Shown piece after piece: positions 1-18,293 of a stretch of DNA of 64,000 nucleotides. The position numbers and the translations under genes were made by a program. Numbering within the stretch: the first letter of the stretch is position 1; every line of letters begins with the position of its first letter. Under the pieces are notes generated by a model that saw only the letters and a list, made by a program, of their open reading frames with translations, did no database searches and was not told where the DNA came from. This DNA is from the human T2T-CHM13v2.0 reference genome, Homo sapiens, in assembly GCF_009914755.1 (NCBI RefSeq), contig NC_060939.1; one strand, given 5' to 3'.

Positions 1-497
1 TCTCTTCCCGTAATAGACAGGAAATGTTGACTGTCTAGTAAGAGCTCCTTTAATTTATTTCCCCTTGCCCCTCAAGTATCATATCTACTTCTCTCTTTAT
101 TTGCTGCCCTGTGTCTTACAAAAGAGTCCCTCCCCTGCTCAAGGCTAATGCTCTCACCTAGGCTCTGATGCCATCTCTTTCTCCTCCGGTTCTTCCTCCT
201 CCTCTTCCTCTTTCTCTCCATCATCTCCATCAGCAGCAACCTCACTATCATCATCTCATTGCCATCATCCTACCTATCTTCCTCCCTTTACTCTTTCTTC
301 GGGATGTCACCCCCATCAATACCCTCCTTCCTCTTTCCTGTCTCTTTGGCTGACTCTCTTATGGCTCCTTCTGTTCCCCATAAACATGCTCAATTGTATC
401 CCACGCCTAGGAAACAGAGCACCTTCCTCCAACCTTCTCTCCTCCCTTTTCCAGAAACTACTGCTGTATTTCTCTTCAGGTCTTCACTATCAAAATT

Positions 498-1267
<770 letters not shown>

Positions 1268-1604
1268 TTACAATTCTTAAAAGAGTAGTGTACACATACT
1301 ACAACCACTTCACCTCTCCTTCACAACTCAACTCTCTGCAATCTGGATTCAATCCTGACATTTCCTCATGTCTTATGGGCACGAATTTCACCTCTATGCA
1401 GCATTTAGCAATAAGTAACAACAGCTGGTAATTATTGAGTGTGCACATTCTGCCAGTCACTGTGTTAAGCACGTCACGTGCATTTTGGTTGATGCTTCCC
1501 AAGCTACAAATCAAACCCAATCTTTTTTCCAAGCTCTAGACTAGTATAGTGACAGGCACCACAAATCCATACAGATGAAAACAGAGCTCATTAGCAAAAT
1601 CCCA

Positions 1605-2106
1605 CTGCTGGATGTCTCCTGCTTGCCCTTCTAGTTCCACTTGCAACCCTTCCCCAACCTGCTCTGCACTCCGAGAGGCTGACCTTTGTGAATGGCCTCC
1701 CTGGACTCCCATGCCTCTAGCTTATGTTTGAAGAACCCAGTGGAGAGTCCCAGCAGAAAGCTGGAAGAAGACAGGAGAGTGAGGTAAGTGTATTGATTCC
1801 TCAGTCACCATCTGCTGTGGCCGTGTGGGCTGGCTGGGTCCACTTGGCTGTGTCCCTCTAGTGAAAGGCACAGCCGCTGTCATGCAGCCCTCATCGCATA
1901 GAGCCCCCCGGATTCCAGCAACTGCTCCCTTCTCTTTTCTCCTTCAGGAGTCACAGCCCCACTGCCAAAGCCACAGGGCCATGCACTGTCTCTGGGACAT
2001 CACCCTACACCTGCCCGCACCTTTCAAGCAGCCTTTTTATTAAATGCTCCTCCTGTTACTTAATTGGAGTATGTCATCTTTTCTGACCAGAATGACGACT
2101 GACACA
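1605..2106 (+). mobile_element. ERVL solo LTR, LTR33-like
   Basis: ggagagtgaggtaagtgtattgattcc, ggctgtgtccctc, tttattaaa and terminal gactgacaca match my recollection of LTR33. Confidence 0.65.
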
Positions 2107-2116
2107 TGCCCTCCCC

Positions 2117-2482
2117 ATTCTCTATCTCTTTTTTTTAATTATTATTCTACTTTAAGTTCTAGGGTACATGTGCACAACGTGCAGGCTTGTTACATATGTA
2201 TACATGTGCCATGTTGGTGTGCTGCACCCATTAACTTGTTATTTACATTAGGTGTATCTCCTAATGCTATCCCTCCCCCCTCCCCCCACCCTACAACAGG
2301 CCCAAGACGGTGTGTGATGTTCCCCACACACAGTGTGGCAATTCCTCAAGGATCTAGAAGTAGAAATACGATTTGACCCAGCGATCCCATTACTGGGTAT
2401 ATACCCGAAGGATTATAAATCATGCTGCTATAAAGACGCATGCACACATATGTTTATTGTGGCACTATTCTCTATTTCATTT
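2117..2482 (-). mobile_element. 5'-inverted (twin-primed) truncated L1PA (about PA5-7) with TSD
   Basis: Reverse L1 3' end 2129-2327 joined to a forward ORF2-end segment 2330-2470; flanks attctctatctctttt (2117-2132) and attctctatttcattt (2467-2482). Confidence 0.88.
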
Positions 2483-2704
2483 AACGGAGTTGCTCCAACG
2501 TCATATTCCTAAAATGGAAACCAAGATGACCCTAGACTTCTTCACCCTCCCCTTTATACCCAGTAAGTCCTGCCCATTTTCCTTCAGGAACGCATTCCCC
2601 AAATCCACTCTCTCTTCTGAACCCCTGTTCTCATTTCGCTCACTGCGTCAGATTTCAGTTCTCCCTTCTCACTCCAGAAAGTTACAGTTCTAAAATGACA
2701 ATCT

Positions 2705-3611
2705 GGGGAGAGGAGCCAAGATGGCCGAATAGGAACAGCTCCGGTCTACAGCTCCCAGTGTGAGCGACGCAGAAGACGGGTGATTTCTGCATTTCCATCT
2801 GAGGTACCGGGTTCATCTCACTAGGGAGTGCCAGACAGTGGGCGCAGGTCAGTGGGTGCGCGCACCGTGCGCGAGCCGAAGCAGGGCGAGGCATTGCCTC
2901 ACTCGGGAAGCGCAAGGGGTCAGGGAGTTCCCATTCCGAGTCAAAGAAAGGGGTGACGGACTCACCTGGAAAATCGGGTCACTCCCACCCGAATATTGCG
3001 CTTTTCGGACCGGCGTAAAAAACGGCGCACCACGAGATTATGTCCCGCACCTGGCTCGGAGGGTCCTACGCCCACGGAGTCTCACTGATTGCTAGCACAG
3101 CAGTCTGAGATCAAACTGCAAGGCGGCAGCGAGGCTGGGGGAGGGGCGCCCGCCATTGCCCAGGCTTGATTAGGTAAACAAAGCAGCCGGGAAGCTCGAA
3201 CTGGGTGGAGCCCACCACAGCTCAAGGAGGCCTGCCTGCCTCTGTAGGCTCCACCTCTGGGGGCAGGGCACAGACAAACAAAAAGACAGCAGTAACCTCT
3301 ACAGACTTAAATGTCCCTGTCCGACAGCTTTGAAGAGAGCAGTGGTTCTCCCAGCACGCAGCTGGAGATCTGAGAACGGGCAGACTGCCTCCTCAAGTGG
3401 GTCCGTGACCCCTGACCCCCGAGCAGCCTAACTGGGAGGCACCACCCAGCAGGGGCACACTGACACCTCACACGGCAGGGTATTCCAACAGACCTGCAGC
3501 TGAGGGTCCTGTCTGTTAGAAGGAAAACTAACAAACAGAAAGGACATCCACACCAAAAACCCATCTGTACATCACCATCATCAAAGACCAAAAGTAGATA
3601 AAACCACAAAG
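2705..3611 (+). promoter_or_regulatory. L1 5'UTR internal sense promoter and antisense promoter (CpG-rich)
   Basis: YY1 site caagatggcc at about 2717-2726, many retained CpGs 2705-3200, 907-nt UTR. Confidence 0.85.
3082..3156 (-). pseudogene. ORF0: L1 ORF0, truncated after 24 aa
   Basis: Antisense ATG at 3156: MAGAPPPASLPPCSLISDCCASNQ then TGA where the consensus has CGA. Confidence 0.8.
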
Positions 3612-4628
3612 ATGGGGAAAAAACAGAACAGAAAAACGGGAAACTCTAAAACCCAGAGCGACTCTCCTCCTCCAAAGGAACGCAGTTCCTCACCAGCAAC
3701 AGAACAAAGCTGGATGGAGAATGATTTTGACGAGCTGAGAGAAGAAGGCTTCAGACGATCAAATTACTCTGAGCTACGGGAGGACATTCAAACCAAAGGC
3801 AAAGAAGTTGAAAACTTTGAAAAAAATTTAGAAGAATGTATAACTAGAATAACCAATACAGAGAAGTGCTTAAAGGAGCTGATGGAGCTGAAAACCAAGG
3901 CTCGAGAACTACGTGAAGAATGCAGAAGCCTCAGGAGCCGATGCAATCAACTGGAAGAAAGGGTATCAGCGATGGAAGACGAAATGAATGAAATGAAGCG
4001 AGAAGGGAAGTTTAGAGAAAAAAGAATAAAAAGAAATGAGCAAAGCCTCCAAGAAATATGGGACCATGTGAAAAGACCAAATCTACGTCTGATTGGTGTA
4101 CCTGAAAGTGATGGGGAGAATGGAACCAAGTTGGAAAACACTCTGCAGGATATTATCCAGGAGAACTTCCCCAATCTAGCAAGGCAGGCCAACGTTCACA
4201 TTCAGGAAATACAGAGAACGCCACAGAGATACTCCTCGAGAAGAGCAACTCCAAGACACATAATTGTCAGATTCACCAAAGTTGAAATGAAGGAAAAAAT
4301 GTTAAGGGCAGCCAGAGAGAAAGGTCGGGTTACCCTCAAAGGGAAGCCCATCAGACTAACAGCGGATCTCTCGGCAGAAACCCTACAAGCCAGAAGAGAG
4401 TGGGGGCCAATATTCAACATTCTTAAAGAAAAGAATTTTCAACCCAGAATTTCATATCCAGCCAAACTAAGCTTCATAAGTGAAGGAGAACTAAAATACT
4501 TTACAGACAAGCAAATGCTGCGAGATTTCGTCACGACCAGGCCTGCCCTAAAAGAGCCCCTGAAGGAAGCGCTAACCATGGAAAGGAACAACTGGTACCA
4601 GCCGCTGCAAAATCATGCCAAAATGTAA
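3612..4628 (+). CDS. ORF1: LINE-1 ORF1p RNA-binding chaperone, intact 338 aa
   Basis: MGKKQNRK start, coiled coil, REKG, ARR and YPAKLS motifs, canonical length. Confidence 0.95.
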   Translation: MGKKQNRKTGNSKTQSDSPPPKERSSSPATEQSWMENDFDELREEGFRRSNYSELREDIQTKGKEVENFEKNLEECITRITNTEKCLKELMELKTKARELREECRSLRSRCNQLEERVSAMEDEMNEMKREGKFREKRIKRNEQSLQEIWDHVKRPNLRLIGVPESDGENGTKLENTLQDIIQENFPNLARQANVHIQEIQRTPQRYSSRRATPRHIIVRFTKVEMKEKMLRAAREKGRVTLKGKPIRLTADLSAETLQARREWGPIFNILKEKNFQPRISYPAKLSFISEGELKYFTDKQMLRDFVTTRPALKEPLKEALTMERNNWYQPLQNHAKM

Positions 4629-4676
4629 AGACCATCGAGACTAGGAAGAAACTGCATCAACTAACGAGCAAAATAA

Positions 4677-8519
<3,843 letters not shown>

Positions 8520-9195
8520 ACAATGAGATCACATGGACACAGGAAGGGGAATATCACACTCTGGGGACTGTGGTGGGGTGGGGGGTGGGGGGAGGGATAG
8601 CATTGGGAGATGTACCTAACGCTAGATGACAAGTTAGTGGGTGCAGCGCACCAGCATGGCACATGTATACATATGTAACTAACCTGCGCAATGTGCACAT
8701 GTACCCTAAAACTTAAAGTATAATAAAAAAAAAAGAAATAAAAATTCTAAGGAAACATGAAAAAAAATAAATAAATAAAATAAAATGACAATCTGACCGT
8801 TTCAATTGCTTATTACCTATCATCTCCATGGTCTGAAGAATGAAGAGAGAAGTTACAACTTACACAAGAGGTTGTATGAAGGCAAGTCTCTTTGAAAGCT
8901 ATAAACTAAGGACCGCTGTGAAACAGAGAATTTCTACATAATTATGCATTTACCTTTACCTACATACCATTTTACCTATATCAAAGCAATACACATGTGA
9001 TTATGTTTCATTAAATGTCCTGATAGCATTGAGGAGTTATTTCATGCTTTAGCATAAGGCCTGCGCAAATTTGATTTCTAATACCTCACCCAAATAATAA
9101 CTACAACAGCAACGATATAGATTGTTTCATCTTTCCAGGTCTGTGAGAGAAAATAAATAACAAATCTCAAATCTGGGGAAAATATTTGCATCCTA

Positions 9196-9579
<384 letters not shown>

Positions 9580-10229
9580 TTAGTTTTTCTTTACGGGAAG
9601 GTTTTATTTTGTGATAATTTTTGTGCAATCCGCCTCCCCCCACACCACCGCCAGATGAATAATTGAAGCAGAAAAAAACTAACCCCTGAGCCGGACTTAG
9701 ATGCCAGCCAGTCAGTGGGCCCTCCAGAGAGGGTGTGAGGCCATGCAGTGCAGCATCGCAGCAGGTCCAAACGACAGCAGCCAATTAGAGAGCAGACTTC
9801 TGAGCCACTTTGTTCTCCGCAGAGCAAACAGAGCCGAATGTTTTAATTCCCTGGGAGCGAAAATCTTTCACTGGAGAGACTCGCATAATTTCTTATTTAG
9901 GAAAGGTTTAAAGAGATTTGTGCTGGAGTATTTAATCCAAAACCTTGCAACTGTCCCAGCAGTGGGTATAGATTAGGGAACAGTTGACTTCACACATTGA
10001 TATTCAAAATAGAAAGGCGTTTTTCATCAAACGTGGCAGGGAGATTGGGGAATGACAGCATCTAACACCAGCTGTGCGGGGGCATAGATCTTGCTCTCTC
10101 ACAAACTTCAGGAGCTCCTGTATCTATTGGCAAGCCAGCTCCCGCTTAACAGAGGACTCCCCTGAGTCTTTGGAGGCACAGTACTTTGCAAAATTAACCC
10201 CACGGTCCTGATTGCTCTCAAGGAAATAG

Positions 10230-10244
10230 CTCTATCCTCTCTCT

Positions 10245-10300
<56 letters not shown>

Positions 10301-10314
10301 CCTCTCTCCCCTCT

Positions 10315-10345
<31 letters not shown>

Positions 10346-10390
10346 CCCCTCTCTCTCTCCCCTCTCCTCTTCTCTCTCTCTCTCTCTCAC
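10230..10390. repeat. (CT)n polypyrimidine microsatellite
   Basis: About 160 nt of near-pure CT repeats. Confidence 0.97.
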
Positions 10391-10778
10391 CTTTTCTATT
10401 CTATTTCACTGGGTTTTCATGCCACAGACTAGGAATGCTTGCACTTGGCAGTGAGCCCACAGTCATAAAATCCAAGAAGGATTGTTTATTTATAAGAATG
10501 CTCCATTTAGGGTAGGCTCAATAGAACATTTCAGTTTAAAATAAGCAAGAAACACTGGGCAATCCATCACCAAATTATATTTTCCATTGAGAGAACAGCA
10601 TGTATCACTCTCTGCAAATAGCCACATCCTTACTCTCAGGGTTTGCCAAGTCAGATGCCCACCCAGTGAATGGTAGACAACCTTGAGAGAAAGTGAATGC
10701 ATAAATCAGATCCCTGGATTTTATAGACAGCATGCAGAGAGCTACAGGAGAGGCCCACAGACCTTGGAAAGAAGGTGA

Positions 10779-11113
<335 letters not shown>

Positions 11114-12281
11114 AGAATTGACTCTTAATGCTTACTGCTAGCCTTAAACAGAAGCAATTCACCCCAAGAGGCAGGGTGTAAGGTGTAGTTACAAGACTCA
11201 GGAAAACCCAAGTCCAGTCGGTGACATAGTGCCAAGGTGGTAGGTCTGGAGAGTGGGAGATGTCCAAAAAGGCTGGCAGTGTGCCCCAACAGAGAAATAC
11301 CATATGAACAAAGAAGGGAACAGACAGCACAAACACGACAAAGGAGACCCAAAGAGCAACAAGGTGTGGGTTAGTCCCAGAGCCCAAGTCCTAGCTTCTG
11401 GGTTGGTAGACCAGTGAGTGAAAACCCAGTCACAGAAACTCCTCCAAAGTAAAGGACCCCATAAATTCCTGTTGGAGCAGCCAGGTAGCTCTGCCTCTTT
11501 CTTTCTTCTGTCTCTCATCTCTGTGACAAGTTGATGGCTTCCATCTCCTTGAATGCTTCTCTTTTTAACCCCCATCCACCCACCCAATCCCAATCTACCT
11601 ATCATAAATCCACATTATGTCATTCTAAAGGTACAATGCACAAAGGGATGGATGATGGCCAAGTACTTGCAACAGAATAGAGGAGAAAGGCAGAGGCAAG
11701 GCCAAGGTCTAGACTCACCCTGGTGCTGGGGCAAAATGCACCACAATATTAACAGGAGTACACAGAGGAGTGGTTTCTGATGGTTTTCTATATATTCCAA
11801 ATATTACGGTGATACTTAGGGGGAAAAATAACAAGAACTAGAAGTATTACAAGCAACAAGCTACTAAAACAAAAGTCCAAGAAACGGTTTAAAAAGGGAT
11901 TGATGTTTGGAGATAGAGGAAGAAAAATTTTATGAGGAGACATAGGCAGAACCTAACAGAAAGGCATACCAATAGATATTCAGGCAAGTGCAAAATCCAA
12001 GTATTAACAGGCATTAGGCCTCTGCCAATGGACTTGGGGTTGGAGATAGCCATACCCCATGGAAAGAAAAATTAAAAAGGCAAAGCAAGAAGCTGGTTCT
12101 AATCAGACATGAGGATACAAAGTAGTTGTCCTTAACAGGAAACAGAAGATGTTGAGACAAAATCATAGTAATGAGAACTAAGATATTCCAGAGACACAGG
12201 GGAGAAGAGACTGAGGTTTCAAAATGGAGCACCAGGTCCTAGTAAGATGAGTTGCAAGTGATGGAAGGGGGATAGTTTGCC

Positions 12282-12775
12282 TCAGGTATTTTGGTTATTT
12301 TTGTGCTAAAAATAACAAAACAATCTCAGTGGCATAGGAAGGTCAGTATGTATTTAGCTCACTCATCTGTGGATTGGTGGAGGGCCCCCTTATGTAGGCT
12401 GGTCTCAGCTGGGGACTCTGTCAGTCTTGGTAAGCTCCCTCATGCAGCTGAAGTTCATCTGGGCTTTGATGGACGTAGGCTCAGCATGGCTGGGCTGTGG
12501 GGCTGGTGTCACACTGCTCCACACGCCTTCTATGCTCCTCCTGGGACCAGTGGGCTAGCCCAGTCATGTTCTTCTTATAGTGAAAGCAGAAGTGCCAAAA
12601 AGCAAGGCCAGTTGCCACCCTGCATTTTAAACTTTTGATAGAGCAAGCCACTAACATTCCACTGGTCAAAGAAAATGACAGCCAAGCCCAACGTCAAAGA
12701 GTAAAAGTGTACTCCACCCACGGAGGTGGCAGGAGGGTGGAAGGAATAAGTACTTCTGAACAACAATCCACTAGC
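12282..12775 (-). mobile_element. MaLR solo LTR, MLT1H/I/J-like
   Basis: aatctcagtggcata, tatttagctcac, cattccactggtcaaag...agccaagcccaacgtcaa. Confidence 0.6.
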
Positions 12776-14039
12776 CCTCTGGTTTTAAAACATAATAAAC
12801 CTAAACGCTATGAGGAACAAAAGGAAGGATGCAGAAGGAAAGAACAAGGCTAAGTCTAATTCGATGGTCCTTTTTGTCAGACAAGCCACACATTCGCCAA
12901 CCCCTCCTCAAAGGTAGCAGGAGACATAGTCCAGATGTTGATACTTGTAATTTTTCTTCCCACAGCTGAGACCCCATTACCTCCATTTGCATATTTAGCC
13001 TTGCCTAACAATCTTGCTGCAGTCAGGTAGCTTTTAAAAGCTAACCTCATTCTCACATCCTGAACGTCCATGGTCATCCTATGATGCATACCGTTCAGCT
13101 GTCGCCCTCTGAATAGTTGGCCCATTTCCCAGAAATGATTATTTTTTAAATGTGGAGTAGGGATACATTATTATTTAAAATCAATTAAAGGTCGAGTATG
13201 ATTAGAAGCCAACATAAGGACTTGGGATCAAGATAACATAGTGATTGGTGCTAGAGAAATACTTCAAGACACTTGCTCAGCACTAAATACTTAATGGTGA
13301 TGAAGTATTGAAATAGGAAAGTCAATGACTGCCCTACTAAAAATGAAACAAAAATCTCCATGGGCCAGAAGTGGAACAGAAGTCTAATTAATGAAGAGAA
13401 ATGAAGTGGAGGACAGCTTTAAATCCAAAAGAAGGTAGCAGCGTCCAGGAGTTCAGCTTATGTGAGAGTAACGAGGGTGAATGTTTCCGTAAGAACTGGG
13501 GTAAGAGCCAGGCACACTACATGAAGTCAGGGACTGGACTGGGGCACCCCACCATGCTTTAAAGAAGGCTGAAAAAATATTGCTGGTGACATCCTCCTAA
13601 GGCTGCTATTTCATGGAAACTAGGTTTGGTGCTATGAATAGAGATAAATACTCCAGTGGCTCTGCAGTTGGATATGTGATATCCTCAGTAACACAACTGG
13701 CCTTGAAGCCATTACAAAATCTGATTCTACACCATGGGCCTAGGGGTGGAGGTGGGAATCATATAGGGCCTGTAGAAACACAGCTGGATTATTAGACAAA
13801 TAGGAAAGCGTGAAAAAAAACGAAACCAAACTAAAGTTAAACCACCCACTCAAAATGAGCTTTCAAAACAAAGTTAAAGAGCTAAGAGGTTGTCTACAGA
13901 GAAGCAAAATCTGGTGCAAAATTTTGGATCCTGAGGAAGGAAGGGCGGGCACCCACAAGCAGAGGGGTCAGCCAAACACGATGTGTTGCAACATGGATAG
14001 GATGAAGAGACTTGCACACAAGGAACAGCAGCAAAAATA

Positions 14040-16630
14040 ACACCTGTGTAGGGAATGGAGTGGTGATGGTGATAGGAGATTAGTTACATAAAAAGAGATT
14101 AATCAAGTAAGCAAATGTATTGAGGATAATGAGAACCAGCTTTCTCACTGTCAAAGAAGGAAGGAAATTATAAATGTGAAAAGAGAGAAATATGGAATTA
14201 ACCCTGTAATGTTGAATTGGAATCGAAAGTATTGTTGTAAACTCGTGTATGTATATAAACTCATATATGTATATACATACAATTTGTATGTATGCCCAAA
14301 TCTGGCACAATTTGAGCATCAAAATAAATAGTGGCATGACTAATTACAATCTATTGAATAAAATTAAAACCCACAAGTCCATACATACTGATAAAAATAG
14401 ATCATTGAATAAATTGAACATTTGATGAAGAATGTGATATTTACATCCTTTGAAAGTACCACCCTTCAAAATACTTTTTAATTATAAATGTTGAAAGGAT
14501 AACTTTTCCAGGAGAAACCACCTTAATTTACTAATTATAGTAAATATAATCGGTAATAGAACAAATATGAATTGGGTGCCACCTGATAAGATATGATGAA
14601 ATAAACACAGTGTCACTTTTGTCATATTCCTGCCAAAAATGCACGACATGAGTCTGAGGGGGACATTTCCAATAAATTCAAAGTTGTCAAGAAGCTAAAT
14701 GCAAGGCACGACTATAGAATGGAATATTTTGTTATAAGGAGCGTAACTGGGACAATTGATGAAACCATATGGGGTTTGATGATAAGATTGTCATAATGAT
14801 TCAGTGTTAACTTCTTGATATTTGTAGTTCTTTGTGGTTATGTAGGAAAACGTCCTTGTTTGCAGGAAATACACACTGCAATATTCAAGGATGATCATGT
14901 CTGTAACTTACTCCCAAAAGATTCAGGAAAAAAATCTTTGTACTGCGCTTGCTTCTCTACTTTAAGCCTACAATTATTTCAAAAATTTTTAAATTAATAA
15001 AAAAACTAAGTAAATGAGAATTAGAGTTTACTCATGAAAAAGAAACACAATTACACAACACATGAAGAAATTTAATATTTAGAGAAAGCCAATAAAATAC
15101 ATCAAGATATAAATTCACTTCAGATGAAGCATATTTTAGAAGATTCTGATAAAAATATTTAAATAATCACGTTTAAGATAAGCGAGTTAGGATTTGTTAT
15201 ACAACAGTCTTTGCTAATACCTGGTTAACAGGAAAAAATAACTAAATAACTCTGGACATTAAACAAGTGAATAATTTAAATTATTTTTTAAATAGGATAT
15301 GATCAAAGATTAAGTTCATGGTTTAAAAAGATGTTAAAGAATCCCTCCAGAACAGGCACAGAAAAAGAGATTTCTAAAAATTCAACAGCATTTAGGAGGC
15401 ATAGAGGATGAAGAATCTCAGAAGAAGAGAATGAAAAGAATAGCAGAGAATCAATAATTAAAGACATAAGAGCTGAGAATTTTCCAAAATTGAAGAAAGC
15501 CATAATCCCTCAGAACAAAAGTGCATTCTGACTGCCAAGCAGGTGAATGCACATTATGATTGTTTATGGTGAAACTAAAAGGACATCAGTGATAAAGAGG
15601 AAATGTCATTGCTGATGGTAGGTGGGAAACTACCTATTAAGAAATTTAAACTCTGCTGAACTACTACCCAAAAATGAGGACAAAATAGGAAAACATTTTA
15701 AATATAAAAATTAAAATGTTGTATCACTTACAGAATTTACTTAAACAATTATTAAAGAAAATTCTGAACCTAATACTGTATAATACATAGAAATTAATAT
15801 TTTAATTGGTAAATTGAACAAACCACTCAATGTAAAAAATGACAATAATACTTTTTGTATCAAAATAAAGAGGTTAACCTAGAACCCCAGGCAACAATAA
15901 CAAGACAGTGGAGGAGGGTATTTAATGAGCAAAGTATGTTAAGATATCTGTTATGTTCAGAAACAGAATATTGTTCGAATAATTTATATTTAAGTACATA
16001 GATTAAAAATGTAAGAGTAGCCACTGAAGTTATAGTGATAAATTTTAAAACAAAGCAAAACAGAAAAGCAGCCTAGGCACATGAGAGTGACACTGCTGGA
16101 AACCAGAGACAAAGAGCCAGTCTTGAAAACATCCTCCCTTGAATTCAAACATGTTACCTTGAATGAAGCAGTAATAAGACTGATAGCGTTCTAAGGACCT
16201 TCTATTGTCATAAAAGTGGTGAAAGCACTAATTTCTATTATAGTTTAATAAGTCAGGATTTCATGCTGTATTCTCAAGAGTAACGACAAAAAGTCTAGTA
16301 AATGGACTAAATATTCCAATAAAAAGACACAGCTTTTCAGACTAGAGTTTTAAAATCCAATTATGTACTGCTTACAAGAAATGCATCTTAAAAACAAAGA
16401 TACAAAAAGATTGAAAGGAAAAGATGGAAAAAGATTTACCATGAAAATACTAACCCCAAGAGCCTGGCATAATTATATTAATATCAGACAAAATAGACTT
16501 TAAGGTAGGAAATATGACTGGAGTTAAAGAAGGGAAAATAATGATAGAAGATTCAGTCCACCAGAAAGATTTTACATGTGTAAATTCAAATGCTCCAATA
16601 ACAAAGGCTGAAAACATAGGAAGCAAAAAC
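14040..16630 (+). mobile_element. Ancient L1M fragments (L1MC/MD 3' end, ORF1, ORF2 EN start)
   Basis: A-rich; aatggactaaatattccaataaaaagacacag...cttacaagaaatgcatctt at about 16300; gagaattttccaaaattg. Confidence 0.7.
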
Positions 16631-17609
16631 TAATCATAACTACCACAGTAATTTTTTAAACTACATCTTTCAAGCAGGTAGAGAAAAATCAAAGGAATTA
16701 ACAGCAACAAAATCTGATCAATTAATTAAATGGAAAATTTTTTCAAACAACTCAGCTTTCCAAATTTGTTTTGCCCTTGGCAATTTCCTTTGTTATATTC
16801 CTGGCTTAGCAATCGTTAAAGTTATGTACGTGTGCTATCTTTAGTTGTATTTTAACAATAGGGGCTTTCAGGATATCTAGTTCACCATACTGCCAGAAGC
16901 AGAGGCCCCTTTCACAGCCCTTCTCACTGTTAAAATTTTACATTCTTATTGTGATTGTTGGGTTAATATCTGTGTTTTCCACGACACTATACATCATTAG
17001 ATTTGAGGATTATGTCAGCTTTTACTCACTGGTATCCGTGCCTAGCACAGTCATCAGCAATTAATATGAAAAATCTGATCTTTGCTTTGAGAAGTTTAAC
17101 AGAAAGGCAGTTATTATACAAATAATAATATGCAATCAAATAAATCTACGTGTGCTAAGTGGTAGGAAGATGTACAGTTTGCTAAGGAGTACATAACAGG
17201 AAAGCTGACCTAGCCTGGAAGGTCAAAATGAGATGGTGCCAAATGGAGGTTGTACCAAGTGCTCAACTCATGCATAAAGAGGCTGAATGCTCCTAAGGAG
17301 AATTCCTCAGCACAGGTCACCCTCACTGGATGAAGCTTCCATTATCCTGCCAAAATGGGCTCTCATTGCCTCAAGCCTAGTGACACCAAACGTCAGTACC
17401 GATAGGACTGACCCATTCCACAGATCATGTGTTCAGGGGTCAGCCATGACTAGATAAGACAGACCTAACTAGGTTAGCAGTCTACCCCTGGGAACACCTT
17501 TCCTACAAACATATTCTCATACCAATGGGGGTTTTCCATAAGTGGTAAAGGGCCTATTTCCATTTAAAGCATCATAGTTCTAAGAGAATTTGGCTACTTT
17601 ATTCTGTCA

Positions 17610-17865
17610 TCAGGAAGCACAGGTTTTGGAATCAGACCAGGTTTGAAACCCCACTAAACTATTTCCTATATACTTTTGGACAAATTGCTTATCCTCTCTA
17701 AGAACTGAGTTCCTCTCTGGCAAAACAGAAAAGCAGTGGCACATTGGCTTACGAGGACTACGTGAAATATGAGTCAAGTGCTTAGAGGGGATCATACCCA
17801 TCTTGCTCAGCACTGTAAGACATTCAGTGCAATGCTTAGCACCTGGTAGATGTCAAATAAATGAA
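17610..17865 (+). mobile_element. MIR
   Basis: ttttggaatcagaccaggtttgaaaccc, ttggacaaattgcttatcctctct, gcacctggtagatgtcaaataaatg. Confidence 0.65.
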
Positions 17866-18293
17866 AAACTTTCTGCCCCAGAGGTCTCCAATAATGTATT
17901 CTGAGCCTCCATAGTCACTACTCCCCTATTAGACATAAAGGGGCCTCAAACTTATTTTGGAGTTATATTTTTCAATATTTATTTCTGTAAAATACAATGG
18001 GGATGGCAAAGTGTGATCTGTTCACCGCTCAGAGCTTGTTCCATGATGCCTTCTGTGTGAAGCAGAGAAAGGGAAGAGGGACCTGTGCACTGTGCATAAC
18101 CCACTGTGTAAGTCCAGAGGGAAGATGTGAGCAAGTAGATCATTTTGCTTCATAAAGCTCACTTGGCAACATCATCAGTGGATTTCACAAATTGGATTCT
18201 CGGTTGGGTAGAAGAAAAACATAGAGAATGGGAATGTAATCTTAAATTACTATTTCAAGGTGGGCCATCAGTTATAGAAGGAAGGTAGAAAAC

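Noticed and set aside
2682-2915. 77-aa antisense ORF that could be taken for ORF0
   Set aside because: ORF0 begins MAGAPPP at 3156; this is a different, generic antisense frame of the L1 5'UTR
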